Assembly (NCBI GenBank): GCA_902770045.1
Contig: CACXRO010000008.1
Location: 1,412-65,411 of the forward strand
Reading direction: 5' to 3'
Length of the DNA stretch: 64,000 bases
From: an uncultured bacterium
GTDB lineage: Bacteria > Verrucomicrobiota > Kiritimatiellia > RFP12 > UBA1067
Each line of letters begins with the position of its first letter. Positions within the stretch are counted from its first letter, which is position 1. This document shows, piece after piece, positions 7,557 through 18,678 of this stretch. A model generated the notes under the pieces. The model was given only the letters and a program-made list of their open reading frames with translations. It was not told where the DNA came from and did not search any database. Position numbers and translations under genes: made by a program.

Positions 7557-10500
7557 GCGAGACCCCTCCGTTTCCTCAGCGTCCAGACGGCGATCAGCGC
7601 CAGCGCCAGGAGGACGAGCCCGGCCGGGTGGTCCCACACCGCGTCGTCGACGCGCTCGACGATCTCGCTGCGGCCGGCGCCGAAGGCGTCGTCCAGCTCC
7701 GAGAGGTCGTCGCCCGCGGCGAACACCGAGCCGCCGGTAAGCCGCGCCATCGCCTTCGGCGCGGCATCGTCGGCCGCCGGGCGCGCGTACTCGACCGGCG
7801 CGGTGCCGCGGTCGACGGCGAAGCGGGTGGCGAGCGGCCGCGGCCATTCGTCGCCGAGCAGCTCCTCCACCTCCGGCGCCAAGACCGTCGCCTCGTACCC
7901 GCCCTCCTTCTCGGTGGCGTCGAACTCCGCCTCGTAGATTCCGTTCGCGCCGGGCCGCTCGACGAGGTCGACCGTGCGCAACGAGCCGTCGGGCAGCTTC
8001 ACCTCGGCCTTGGCCTTCGCCCCGGCGACCGGCATGAAGTCCTTGTCCGAGAACCTCGCCATCAGCTTCACCGTCTCGCCCGGCAGGCAGCGAAGTGAGT
8101 CGGTGCCGACGCGGGCGCGCTGGTTGCCGTCGCGCAGCTTCTCGCCCGCCCCCCAGCGCAGCACGTTGCCCCAGAAGCGGTGGTGGTAGGTGTCGCCGTG
8201 GCGGTAGCGCAGGAGCCACGTCTCGTCGGTCGAGAAGAACGCCACCTTGCCGCGGCCGGCCCCGCGCACGGTCAGAAGCGGCGCGGCGAGGGCGGTGGAG
8301 TCGCCAGCGAAGAGCAGCACCTCCGCGCCGGGCTTCGCGGCCACGCCCTCCACCCTTCCGTGCGCCGGCGGCAGCGAGCCCCAGACGCGCTCGTTCTCGG
8401 ACGGCGACGACGAGACCGCGGTCGCGGGGTGGCCGCGGCCGGACGGCGTCAGCGCGAACGGCGTCTTCGCGGCGACCCAGCGGGCGGACACGGCGCCCGA
8501 CTCGTTCGTCATGGCGAGCGGCAGGAGCCCGGACAGCGGGCCCGCGGCGTAGTCGTAAGGCATGTGCCGCTCGCCCGCGGTCAGCACGAGCAGCGCGCCG
8601 CGCTCTTCGACGCAGTAGCGGATGTCCTCGCAGACCTCGTCCGTCAGCACGTCGCGCCCGAGGTCGCCGAGCACGATCACGTCGAACTTGCGCCAGTCGT
8701 CGCGGGTCTTCGGCAGCGCGCCGGCCTCGGCCTCGCCGAACGGCCGCGTCGCGTCCGCCGGCGCCGTGTTCGCCGGAGCGCCGCCCGCCAGCTTGTCCGG
8801 TTCGGACAGCACGTACTGGAGGTGGACCGACTTGTCGCGGGCGAAAAAGAGGTTGCGCAGGTACCGGAACTCCCAGCGCGGACGGCGGTCGGCGACGAGC
8901 ACGTTGGTGCGGTCGTCGGAGACCGAGACCTCGAACGGCCATTCGTCGTTCCGCGGCTCGAGGTCGCCTTCCGGCGGCTCGATGGCGACGCGGTAGCCCC
9001 TGACGCCCTTCCCGCCAGGGTCGTGGACGAAGCGGACGTCCTTCGTCCAGGCGTCGGCGTCCACGTCGAGCTCGCGGCGGTCCAGGGTCTCCTCGCCCTC
9101 CATCAGCTTCACGACGACGCGCCGGCCCTTGAGCCCATCCGCGCGGATGCGTGCCACCGGGCGCACCTTGTCGCCGAGGAAGACGTTCTCGGCCACGGAG
9201 AGCGCCTCGACCGCGGCATCCGTGCGGTTGGTGGGATTGCCCACGACGACGCTCGAGACCTTGGCGCCGAGCCGGGCGAAGCGCCGCGCCGCCGCCGAGG
9301 GCCCGGCGTCCGACGTGTCGCGGCCGTCGGTCACGAACACCGCGCCGGCGAGCTCCTCGGACGGAATGCGCGCGAGGGCGAGCTCGAGCGCGGCGGAGAA
9401 GTCGGTGGTCCGGTCGCCGAACTCGAACGGCTCCACGTCGTACCTGCCCAGAAGCCGTTCCTCGAGCCCGGCGGCGATGTTCGTCGCCGCGGCGTAGCGC
9501 GTCGCCTGGACGCCGTCCTCGCCCGCTCCCGCGTCTGCGCGCTGCATCGAGAGCGAGCGGTCGGCGAACACCGCGACGCGGCGGTGCAGGCTGCGGGTGA
9601 CGTCGTGGGTCCAGGAGACGTGCGCGAGCATCCAGAGGAGCGAGAGGAGCGCGACGGCGCGGAGCGCGGCGCGGGGGAGCGAGGGGACGTGGCCGCCGCG
9701 CTCGGCGTCGATCCGCCGGCAGAGCAGCATCTCGGCGAGGAGCAGGACGAGCGCGAGGACGGCGAACGGACGCCAGATCTCAACACCGAAGCTGCGGCCG
9801 ACGACGGCGGCCATCAGGTCGTCGAGGCTGCGCGCGAAGCCGAGATCGACCGAGACGGCCAGGGTGTCGAGCTCGTCCTGCGTGAGCGGCTTGAGCTCGC
9901 CCTCGCGCGAGCGCCAGCGCGTGTCGACCGCCGCGGAGACGGAGTTCGTGGCCGCGACCGAGTAGACGAGCTCGTGCGCGAACGGCACGAAGAGCGGGCG
10001 GGCCGGGAAGGTCGTCCACTTCAGGTCGAACGGCAGCGCCGTGACCACGGTGCGCCCCTTGCCGAACGCGGCGGACAAGACCGCCGGCGCGCCGTCGGAG
10101 AAGCGCGCGGCAACGTCAACGACCTTCCTGAGAGCGGACTCGTCGAACTCGGCGCGGCCGGAGACCGGAGCGCCCTCGAAGGCGACGTCCGAGAGGCTGT
10201 GGTTCCAGTTCGTCCAGGCCGCGGCAAAGAGCTCGTTGGTGTAGAATGACGCCTGGGCGCGCTCGCCGGGGACGACCACGAGCCCGCCGCCGCCGCCGAC
10301 CCACTTCGAGAGGTTCTGCACTGCGCGCGGCGAGAGGAACGGCACGTCGCAGAGCGCCACCGCCTCGACGCCGGAGAAGACGGCGGGGTTCTCGAGCTCG
10401 ACCGCGCGGACCGTGCGCGGCTTGACGAGGAAGACGGCGTTGGTGCCCTTCAGCTCGGGGCGCAGCGCGGCCTCGAGGAAGGCGGTCGGGCGGTCGAACC

Positions 10501-11572
10501 CGCGCGCCGACGGCCGTCCGTTGACCAGCAGCGCGTCGAGCGCGTCGACGACGTCGATGGCGTTGGAGACGGTGGAGTCGGAGGCGATGTCGTCGTCGGC
10601 GTCGAGCGACGTCACCACTTCGTGGCGGCCGGGCTTCGCGAAGGCGTGGGAGAACTCGAACGTGCGGGCGAGGCCGGGGAGGATCTGTCCGACCGGCGCG
10701 CGCGCCGCCTCGGCGCCGTCAACGCGCATCACCACGTCGCCGGGCGAGAACGGCACCGAGCCGGCGTTGACGACGGTCACGGAGAACGCGGCGGGGCGGT
10801 CGGTCCCGATCACCCGGCGGCTCGGGCGGACGGCGGCGATGGCGGCGTTCCTGACGTCGCCGGGCCGCTCGAAGGTGCGCCACACGACCGGAGGCCGGCG
10901 CGGGAAGCGCGCGAAGATGCGCTCCACGCGCTTCCACTCCGCCTCGTCGCCGCAGCGCCAGCCGTAGGCCTGGCCGTCGCCGAGCACCACCACCTCCTTC
11001 GCGGGGTTCGCGCCGCCGACAAGCACCTCGCCGGCCGCGGCCAGCGAGCGCGGCGCGTCCATCGCGTCGTCACCGGGCTCGAGCGAGTCGAGCAACTCCA
11101 GCACCTCGCGCTTGGCGGAGATCGGCGACGGAGTGAGAATGACGGGCGTGCCCTCGCCGACGACAATGCCGAACGCCGTACCCTTCGGAGAGTCCTCCAC
11201 CAGCGAGCGCGCCTCCTCGATCGCACGGTCGAAGGCGGTGCGCCCGGACGGGTCGCTAAGCTTCATCGAGGCCGAGGCGTCGACCACCAGGACGACGTCC
11301 TTGTCCATCCCGGCGCCGCCGAAGAAGTGCAGCTCGGGGAGGAACGGACGCGCGAACGCGATTGCCGCAAGGACGAGGACTAGCGTGCGCAGGACGAGCA
11401 GCACCACGTCCTCAAGCACGAGCCGGCGGCGGCGGCGCCTGAGCGAGTCGGCGAGGAACATCCACGCGCCCCAGGGCACGCGGTCGGCGGTGCGCCGGCG
11501 CAGGATGTGCAGGATGACCGGTGCCGCGGCGGCGGCGAGGCCAAGGAGCATCCACGGGGCGAAGAACGACAT
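7553..11572 (-). CDS. BatA-N-domain / double VWA / GATase1-like giant membrane protein
   Basis: 1339 aa. The N-terminus FFAPWMLLGLAAAAAPVILHILRRR is the aerotolerance-regulator N-terminal motif. VWA MIDAS-like VVLVVDASASM and a second VAVFADRSLSM. Internal and C-terminal TM helices. The start (GTG 11575 or ATG 11572) overlaps the DUF58 stop. Confidence 0.75.
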   Translation of the reverse strand: MSFFAPWMLLGLAAAAAPVILHILRRRTADRVPWGAWMFLADSLRRRRRRLVLEDVVLLVLRTLVLVLAAIAFARPFLPELHFFGGAGMDKDVVLVVDASASMKLSDPSGRTAFDRAIEEARSLVEDSPKGTAFGIVVGEGTPVILTPSPISAKREVLELLDSLEPGDDAMDAPRSLAAAGEVLVGGANPAKEVVVLGDGQAYGWRCGDEAEWKRVERIFARFPRRPPVVWRTFERPGDVRNAAIAAVRPSRRVIGTDRPAAFSVTVVNAGSVPFSPGDVVMRVDGAEAARAPVGQILPGLARTFEFSHAFAKPGRHEVVTSLDADDDIASDSTVSNAIDVVDALDALLVNGRPSARGFDRPTAFLEAALRPELKGTNAVFLVKPRTVRAVELENPAVFSGVEAVALCDVPFLSPRAVQNLSKWVGGGGGLVVVPGERAQASFYTNELFAAAWTNWNHSLSDVAFEGAPVSGRAEFDESALRKVVDVAARFSDGAPAVLSAAFGKGRTVVTALPFDLKWTTFPARPLFVPFAHELVYSVAATNSVSAAVDTRWRSREGELKPLTQDELDTLAVSVDLGFARSLDDLMAAVVGRSFGVEIWRPFAVLALVLLLAEMLLCRRIDAERGGHVPSLPRAALRAVALLSLLWMLAHVSWTHDVTRSLHRRVAVFADRSLSMQRADAGAGEDGVQATRYAAATNIAAGLEERLLGRYDVEPFEFGDRTTDFSAALELALARIPSEELAGAVFVTDGRDTSDAGPSAAARRFARLGAKVSSVVVGNPTNRTDAAVEALSVAENVFLGDKVRPVARIRADGLKGRRVVVKLMEGEETLDRRELDVDADAWTKDVRFVHDPGGKGVRGYRVAIEPPEGDLEPRNDEWPFEVSVSDDRTNVLVADRRPRWEFRYLRNLFFARDKSVHLQYVLSEPDKLAGGAPANTAPADATRPFGEAEAGALPKTRDDWRKFDVIVLGDLGRDVLTDEVCEDIRYCVEERGALLVLTAGERHMPYDYAAGPLSGLLPLAMTNESGAVSARWVAAKTPFALTPSGRGHPATAVSSSPSENERVWGSLPPAHGRVEGVAAKPGAEVLLFAGDSTALAAPLLTVRGAGRGKVAFFSTDETWLLRYRHGDTYHHRFWGNVLRWGAGEKLRDGNQRARVGTDSLRCLPGETVKLMARFSDKDFMPVAGAKAKAEVKLPDGSLRTVDLVERPGANGIYEAEFDATEKEGGYEATVLAPEVEELLGDEWPRPLATRFAVDRGTAPVEYARPAADDAAPKAMARLTGGSVFAAGDDLSELDDAFGAGRSEIVERVDDAVWDHPAGLVLLALALIAVWTLRKRRGLA

Positions 11573-12495
11573 CACCTTCCCCCTCCTGCGGCGCGGCGGT
11601 AGCGCACCAGGATGTCGGCGAGCGCCTCGTGGAACGGACGCGAGGTGTCGACACGCTCGTGGGTGACGCGCATTTCGCCGCAGCCGCGCGAAAGCTCGGC
11701 GAAGTGGGCGCCGATGCGCGCGAGGTAGTCCTTGCGCAGGGCGCGGGCGTCGACGTCGATGAACTGGCGGGTCTCCAGGTCCTCGAAGCGGCAGGCGCGC
11801 TCGAACGGGAACGTCAGCTCGTCGTGGTCGCAGACCTGGATGGCGATTACTTCGTGGCGGCGGAAGCGCAGGTGGTGGAGCGCCCGGAGGAGTTCCTTGG
11901 CGTCAGCGAAGAAGTCACTGACCACGAAGACGACGCTGCGCCGCGGGATGCGCTCGGCAATCTCGTGGAGGACGCCGGCCATGTCGGTCTCGCCGCCGGG
12001 CTTCAGCGCGTCGAGCCGCTCCAGGATGCAGCGCACCTGCGAGGGCTCGGCCTTGGCGGGGACGAAGTCGCGGACAGCCGTGTCGTAGGAGGCGAAACCC
12101 ACGGCGTCCTGCTGGTTGACGAGCAGGTAGGCGAGCGACGCGGCGACGTACTGGCCGTACTCGAGCTTAGAGAGGCCGCCAGCCGCGGCGCGCCCGCGGT
12201 AGCCCATCGAGCCGGAGGCGTCGAGGACGATCGTCGCGCGCAGGTTGGTCTCGTCGACGTACTGCTTGACGTAGAGGCGCTGGCGGCGAGCGGCGAGGCG
12301 CCAGTCGAGGGTGCGCGGGTCGTCGCCCGCGACGTAAGCGCGGTGCTCGGCGAACTCGGCGCTGGCGCCCTTCCTGGCGCTCTTGTGGCGCCCGGCGATG
12401 AAGCCGTCGACGGCGCCGTGCGCGAGGAACTCGATCCTGGCGAGCTTCCTCAGCGCCGCGTCCGGCAGCCACTTCATGTATCCAGGCAACGCCAT
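11572..12495 (-). CDS. DUF58 family protein (MoxR-associated, VWA-like)
   Basis: Internal start MALPGYMKW with SD GGACGGAG. Hallmark sequence GASAEFAEHRAYVAGDDPRTLDWRLAARRQRLYVKQY...VLDASGSM. Confidence 0.8.
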   Translation of the reverse strand: MALPGYMKWLPDAALRKLARIEFLAHGAVDGFIAGRHKSARKGASAEFAEHRAYVAGDDPRTLDWRLAARRQRLYVKQYVDETNLRATIVLDASGSMGYRGRAAAGGLSKLEYGQYVAASLAYLLVNQQDAVGFASYDTAVRDFVPAKAEPSQVRCILERLDALKPGGETDMAGVLHEIAERIPRRSVVFVVSDFFADAKELLRALHHLRFRRHEVIAIQVCDHDELTFPFERACRFEDLETRQFIDVDARALRKDYLARIGAHFAELSRGCGEMRVTHERVDTSRPFHEALADILVRYRRAAGGGR

Positions 12496-12515
12496 CTCCG
12501 TCCGCCAGGCGAACT

Positions 12516-13531
<1,016 letters not shown>

Positions 13532-13535
<4 letters not shown>

Positions 13536-15310
13536 TTCCTGTTCTCCTCTCCTGTTTCGTCCGCGTCGACGGTCTCGTCGCGCTGGTAGATTGGCAACAT
13601 GCGGTATGGCACCGTAAAGGCCAGCACCGCCATCGAAGTGCAGTAGACCTGCCCGATCTCGCCGTTCCACGAGCCGTCGGGCTGCTGCTTCTTGAAGTAG
13701 GTCTCGTACATCCACGGCTCGAACTCCGCCCACGCCTCGCCGCCGAGCTGGAAGAGCCCCTGCGCCGTGTAGTAGAGTCCGTAGAAGGCGTTGTTGCCGC
13801 CGGCTAGCGCGCGGCGGAAAGTCCTGCGGACGAACTGGGCGCCCTTGAGCGCGTCGGGGTCGAGGTGGTGGCCGCAGAGCTCGATGCAGAGGATTGCCGC
13901 GCCGGAGAGAGTCTCGCCGAAGTTGCCGGAGTTGCCCTGGTAGCTGAACGCACCGTCGCTCTGGCGCTGCGAGCGCTTGATGTAGAGCACCGCCTTCTCG
14001 ATCGCGTCGTCCGGCAGCGCCGCGCCGTTGAGCCTTGCGCTGCGCAGCGCCATCAGCGCCCAGCCACTGCAGGAAAGGTCGCTGTCGTTCGCATCCGGCG
14101 TGTAGCGCCAGCCGCCGAGGTGCGCCGGGTTGGACTTGCGCTGACCCTGCGCGTCGATAATCACCTTCACTGCATGTGGCAGCACCGCATCGATGCGCGC
14201 CTGGCGGGTGGGGTCCACCATGCCGCTCGCCTCGGAGAGGAACAGCGTCGCGATCGAGTGGGCGTACATGCGCCCGTTTCCCTTCAGGCCCATATAGCCC
14301 CTGAACTTTGCCTGCGGCCCCATGTCCGCGCAGTCGAGCACGTAGTCGACGCAGTTCTCCACCACCGCGCCGTAGGGCTCGCTACCCGGCAGGTGCCCCT
14401 TCGAGAGGAACGCCATGCCGACGAGCGCGGGGATCGCGGCGGAATCGCCGTACTGCCCCGGAAACGCCCCGCTCGGCAGCTGCTTCGACGCAAGGAACTT
14501 AAGTCCGCGCTCAATCGACCGGTCGACGTCGTCCGCCTCCGGAGAGAACGTCGATCCGCCGCCGACCGTGCGCCGCAGTCCGCCGCCGTCAACGACCACC
14601 GCGGCGGCGGACTCCGCCGCCGGCGCCTCCCCCCCGGACCGGAGCGCGGCGACCGCGCCCGCGGCAAGCGTGGCGAGCGAGAGAAACGCGGCGAAGCAGG
14701 CGGTCCAGCTGTGGCGGAAGAGCCACGCGTTGCGCGGCCGCGTCGCCTTGATCAGCCGCTCGGTGAAGTCCGGCGAAAGCTCCGTGTCGCAGAGCATGTC
14801 GCGAAGCGCGTCCTTCGCGTAATGGAGGCGGCTGCGGACCGTGCCTTCTGGAATGCCGACGATCTTGGCGATCTCCGGCGTCGAAAGATCCTCGAAATAG
14901 CGCAGTACCACGACGTCGCGGTAGTTTTCGGGCAGCTTCCTCACCGCCGTGCGCACCGCCTCGGCGCTGCCGCGGAAGGCGAACTCCTCGAACGGATTCG
15001 GCGACTTGTCCTCAACCTCGGGCAGCTCGTCGTTCGGGACTACGGTCTCCTTCCTCGCAGCGCGCTTGCGCAGGTCCATGCGGTGGAAGTTGAGGAGGAT
15101 GGTGTAGACCCAGTAGTAGAACGAGCCGGTGGGCCGGAAGTCGTCGATCCGCTCGATGGCGCGCTCGAAGGCGCGGAACACGAGGTCCTCGGCCTCGTGG
15201 GCGTCGCGGCAGAGCAGCATGGCGGCCGCTTCAAGGCGCGGACGGTACTCCGCCACCAGGCGCCTGGCGCCCAGCTCGCGGTCTGCCCGTATCTGTTCGT
15301 AGATTTCCAT
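13532..15310 (-). CDS. ECF sigma-70 factor fused through a TM helix to a prenyltransferase/squalene-cyclase-repeat (alpha/alpha toroid) domain
   Basis: Sigma region 2 ([33 protein letters not shown]) and region 4 ([41 protein letters not shown]). TM helix [22 protein letters not shown]. About 330-aa C-terminal domain with repeats such as [14 protein letters not shown] and QQPDGSW. The start is ATG 15310 or GTG 15337. Confidence 0.75.
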
Positions 15311-15410
15311 CTCCCAAATGTACAATGCGCACCCCACTCAAAACGTTCAATGGCGGCAGAGCAGCCCCCTCCTCCGCCGTCGGAGCGGACGGCATTCGAC
15401 ATCCGGCCGC

Positions 15411-16994
15411 TCAGCCGCGGAATCCGTCGAGCACGGTCTGGCGGGGACGCTTCGCCTGGCGGGGGTAGTCGAGGGTGTAGTGGAGGCCGCGGCTTTCGCG
15501 GCGCTTCTGCGCGCTCCTCACGATCAGCTCCGCGCAGACGGCGAGGTTCCTCAGCTCGAGCGTGTCCGGCGTCACCAGGTAGCGGAAGTAGTAGTCGCGG
15601 ATCTCGCGGCGGAGCGTGCGCAGCCGGTGCGCCGCGCGCGCGAGGCGCTTGTTGGTGCGGACGATCCCCACATAGTCCCACATCAGGCGGCGGATCTCGT
15701 CCCACATGTGCGAGACGAGCACCGCCTCGTCGGGCGGGACCGCGTTCCCGATCTTCCACGCCGGGATGCGCGGCAGGCGCGTCCGCTCAGGGTGCGGACC
15801 GAGCCGCGCCGCGGTGAGCCGCGCGCAGACGAGCGCCTCCATGAGCGAATTGGACGCGAGGCGGTTTGCGCCGTGGAGGCCGGTCGAGGCGCACTCGCCC
15901 ACCGCCGAGAGCCCGGGGATCGAGGTGCGCCCGTCGGTCGTCGCCTGGATGCCGCCGCAGCTGTAGTGGGCGGCCGGCACGACTGGGATGAGGTCGCTCG
16001 CCATGTCGATGCCGAACTCCATGCACTTCTGGTAGATGTTGGGAAAGCGCTTCATCAGGTAGGCGCGCCCCTTGCTGCGGATGTCGAGGAACACGCAGTC
16101 GTCGCCGGTGCGCTTCATCTCCGAGTCGATCGACCGCGCCACGATGTCGCGCGGCGCCAGCGACCCGCGCGGGTCGTACTTGCGCATGAACTCGCGCCCG
16201 TGGCGGTCGACGAGCACCGCCCCCTCGCCGCGCACGGCCTCGGAGATGAGGAAGCGCTTCGCCTGCGGGTGGAAGAGGCAGGTCGGATGGAACTGCACGA
16301 ACTCCATGTTCTCGATCTTCGCGCCGGCGCGCCAGGCGAGCGCCACGCCGTCGCCGGTCGCCGAGTCCGGGTTGCAGGTGTAGAGGTACACCTTGCCGCA
16401 GCCGCCGGTGGCGAGGATGGTGTTCGCGGAGCGCACCGCGTAGATCTCGCCCGTGGGCTTGTCGAGCACGTACGCGCCGACGCAGCGGTTCTCGCCCTTC
16501 AGCCCCAGCCGCCGCGTCATGATGAGGTCGACGACGATCGTCTGCTCGCGGATGTCCGCGCCCGAGCGGCGCACGCGGCGGATCATCGCCGCCTCGCACT
16601 TCTCGCCGGTGATGTCGCCGGCGTGCAGGATGCGCCGGGCGCTGTGGCCGCCCTCGCGCGTCAGGTCCCAGGAGCCGTCCGGCCGCCGCGCGAACTTCAC
16701 CCCGCAGTCGATCAGGTCCTGGATGCCGGCCGGCGCGTTCTCGCAGATCTCGTGCACCACCTCGGTGCGCCCGAGCCAGGCGCCGGCGATCATCGTGTCG
16801 CGCGCGTGGCGGTCGAAGCTGTCGGCCGGGTCCATCACGCAGCAGATGCCGCCCTGCGCGAAGTTGGTGTTGCAATCGGCGAGGCGGCCCTTGGTGACGA
16901 GCGTCACCCTGCCGTAGGCCGAAAGGTGCAGGGCGCTCATCAGCCCCGCCATGCCGGAGCCGACGACGAAGTAGTCGCAGTCGACCGTCTTCAT
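15411..16994 (-). CDS. nadB: L-aspartate oxidase
   Basis: Internal start MKTVDCDYFVVGSGMAGL (FAD GxGxxG). Also NFAQGGI, GGHSARRILHAGDITG and HYSCGGI. The track ORF 15411..18176 over-extends into the glnA region. Confidence 0.85.
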   Translation of the reverse strand: MKTVDCDYFVVGSGMAGLMSALHLSAYGRVTLVTKGRLADCNTNFAQGGICCVMDPADSFDRHARDTMIAGAWLGRTEVVHEICENAPAGIQDLIDCGVKFARRPDGSWDLTREGGHSARRILHAGDITGEKCEAAMIRRVRRSGADIREQTIVVDLIMTRRLGLKGENRCVGAYVLDKPTGEIYAVRSANTILATGGCGKVYLYTCNPDSATGDGVALAWRAGAKIENMEFVQFHPTCLFHPQAKRFLISEAVRGEGAVLVDRHGREFMRKYDPRGSLAPRDIVARSIDSEMKRTGDDCVFLDIRSKGRAYLMKRFPNIYQKCMEFGIDMASDLIPVVPAAHYSCGGIQATTDGRTSIPGLSAVGECASTGLHGANRLASNSLMEALVCARLTAARLGPHPERTRLPRIPAWKIGNAVPPDEAVLVSHMWDEIRRLMWDYVGIVRTNKRLARAAHRLRTLRREIRDYYFRYLVTPDTLELRNLAVCAELIVRSAQKRRESRGLHYTLDYPRQAKRPRQTVLDGFRG

Positions 16995-17002
16995 CGCGCC
17001 CT

Positions 17003-18502
17003 TCAGCCGCAGTGGAAGTAGGTCTTGACGAGGTCCGCCATCGCCTTGGCGTCCTTCGTCACCTTCGCCCGCAGCGAGCGGTCGTCGAAGGCCTTGAGCT
17101 CGCGGACGATGCCGTCGATCATCGCCGGCGAGAAGACGCCGCCCTCCTCGTAGACCGCGCGCTGCTTGAGCAGCGTGTCGGCCGAGGCCCAGCAACTGTC
17201 GGGCAGCGTCGCGAGCGAGGAGAGAAGCTTGGAGTTCTCCTTCTTGTGGATGTTCACGTTCACGTAGGTCGCGTCCGCCACCTTGAGCGCGTCCTTGAGC
17301 GCGAAGCCGTGGCGGCAGGCGACGCACAGGGCCGCCATCAGCAGGTGCACGTTCGCCGAGGCGTCGGGCGAGCGCATCTCGACCGTCTGCTTCTGGCGCG
17401 TGTCGGCGCGCGAGGAGGCCTCGCCCGGGTTCGCCTGGCGCGCCATGTCGCCGCGCCCGGCCCAACCGAGCGGCACGCGCACGAGGACGGAGCGGTTGCG
17501 GTCGCCCCAGCACACGTTCGTCGGCGCCTCCTGGTGCGGCACGAGCCGCAGGTAGCTCGTCGGGTTCATGTTGCCGAAGGCGGTGATGGACGGCGCGAGC
17601 TTCATGAGCCCGGCGATTGCGCGGCGCGCCGTCTCGGAGATCCGGCCGCCCTTGAGCATCTGGTTGACCCCGCCCTTCATGAGCCGCATGTGGATGTGCA
17701 GGCCCGAGCCCGCCTTGCCGACCGTGATCTTCGGCGCGAAGGTGACGTCGTAGCCGTACTTCGCGCCCATGTTGCGGATGATCCACTTCGCCACCGTGAG
17801 CTGGTCCGCCGCGTCCGGCGCCGCGCAGGGCAGGAACTCGATCTCGTTCTGCTCGTAGACGAGTCCGCCGGAGGTGAAGTTGCCGACCTCGCTGTGGCCG
17901 TACTTGATGAGGCCGCCGGCCTGGGCGATCGCGAGCATGCACTTCTGGCGGAACTCGCCGAACTTCGCGAACGGCGCGGACTCGTGGTAGCCGCGCTGGT
18001 CCTTCGCCGGGAAGCTCTCGGGGTCCTGCGCGATCACGTAGTACTCGAGCTCGCCCATCGCCTGGAACTCGAGCCCGGTCTCCTTGCGGAACGCCGCGCA
18101 CGCCTTGCGGAGCGTGTACTCGGGGCTGGACTCGAGCGGCGCGCCGTCCTTGTTGAAGAACGAGCAGAGCAGGCACAGCGTGGGCAGCTCGGCGAACGGG
18201 TCGACAAACGCCGTCGAGTAGCGCGGGATCACGTAGAGGTCGGAGCTCGACGCCTCTATGTAGGAGAAGAGGGAGCTTCCGTCCACGCGCTCGCCGCAGG
18301 TGAGGATCTCGTCCAGGTAGCCGGGCGAGTGGAGGATGAAGTTGAGCGTCTTCAGCCGCCCGTCGCCGCCCGGGTACATGAAGTTCACGTGGCGGATGCC
18401 CTTGGCCTTGACGAAGCGCTTGATGTCGGCCTTGGTGAACGCCGCGCGCTCCTTGCCGAGGAACGCGACGATGTCGGTGGTGTTGATCTCTACTGTTGCC
18501 AT
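17003..18502 (-). CDS. glnA: glutamine synthetase family protein
   Basis: 499 aa. GS motifs: VTFAPKITVGKAGSGLHIHMRL, NPTSYLRLVPHQEAPTNVCWGDRNRSVLVRVP. SD AAAGGAGAAGG. Confidence 0.75.
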   Translation of the reverse strand: MATVEINTTDIVAFLGKERAAFTKADIKRFVKAKGIRHVNFMYPGGDGRLKTLNFILHSPGYLDEILTCGERVDGSSLFSYIEASSSDLYVIPRYSTAFVDPFAELPTLCLLCSFFNKDGAPLESSPEYTLRKACAAFRKETGLEFQAMGELEYYVIAQDPESFPAKDQRGYHESAPFAKFGEFRQKCMLAIAQAGGLIKYGHSEVGNFTSGGLVYEQNEIEFLPCAAPDAADQLTVAKWIIRNMGAKYGYDVTFAPKITVGKAGSGLHIHMRLMKGGVNQMLKGGRISETARRAIAGLMKLAPSITAFGNMNPTSYLRLVPHQEAPTNVCWGDRNRSVLVRVPLGWAGRGDMARQANPGEASSRADTRQKQTVEMRSPDASANVHLLMAALCVACRHGFALKDALKVADATYVNVNIHKKENSKLLSSLATLPDSCWASADTLLKQRAVYEEGGVFSPAMIDGIVRELKAFDDRSLRAKVTKDAKAMADLVKTYFHCG

Positions 18503-18542
18503 TTTGCCTTCTCCTTTCGGGCGAACTTGCGTAGACTTGCGT

Positions 18543-18551
18543 ATTATAGCA
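18543..18551 (-). promoter_or_regulatory. extended -10 promoter (TGCTATAAT) for glnA-like gene
   Basis: The reverse complement of attatagca gives AATA-TGCTATAAT, leaving a leader of about 35 nt that contains the SD. Confidence 0.5.
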
Positions 18552-18564
18552 TATTCGCCGCGCT

Positions 18565-18629
18565 ATCTGCCGCGCAAACCGCCGCGGCCTTTCAACCTTT
18601 CAACTTTTCAACCTTTCAACCTGTTTAAG
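18565..18629. repeat. intergenic repeat: ATCTGCCGCG..CCGCCGCGGCC + (TTTCAACY)x4 + TGTTTAAG
   Basis: Four exact 8-bp units lie at 18590-18621. A near-identical 65-bp copy is at 59814-59878. The element lies 50 nt downstream of the DUF4143 ATPase stop. Confidence 0.8.
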
Positions 18630-18678
18630 GGTCAGGCACTTTCGCTACTGTGGCAACCATGTCCGACCCTGTTGACCA

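Noticed and set aside
7557-8942. N-terminal 462-aa extension of ORF 4455..8942
   Set aside because: It overlaps the well-supported BatA/VWA gene in another frame and is Arg/Ala/Gly/Pro low-complexity. The internal start MIAMPDK at 7556 forms an ATGA overlap with the BatA stop and begins a sensible TM protein.
5100-10249. Long plus-strand ORFs (5100..6410, 6507..7367, 8180..10249, 8095..9003 and others)
   Set aside because: They are antisense or alternate frames of the Bat-operon genes. Their composition is dominated by R/A/G/P/V/D/H, and they have no start context or motifs.
15338-15410. ECF-type autoregulated promoter (TGAAC ... N16-17 ... CGT) upstream of the sigma-fusion gene
   Set aside because: A TGAAC is present, but no acceptable -10 (CGTC/CGTA-like or TATAAT-like) lies at the right spacing. 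I cannot support a promoter call here.
15318-18628. Plus-strand ORFs 15318..17021 and 17012..18628, and the 921-aa version of 15411..18176
   Set aside because: The first two are antisense to nadB and the glutamine synthetase. The 921-aa ORF is nadB plus an out-of-context upstream read-through across the GS gene. nadB has its own start, MKTVDCDYFVVGSG, 8 nt after the GS stop.
18590-18629. Possible CRISPR array or coding repeat (FQPFNLSTFQPFN in the track ORFs)
   Set aside because: The period is only 8 bp with no spacers. There are two copies in non-coding gaps and no cas genes. I treat it as an intergenic microsatellite/REP-like element.
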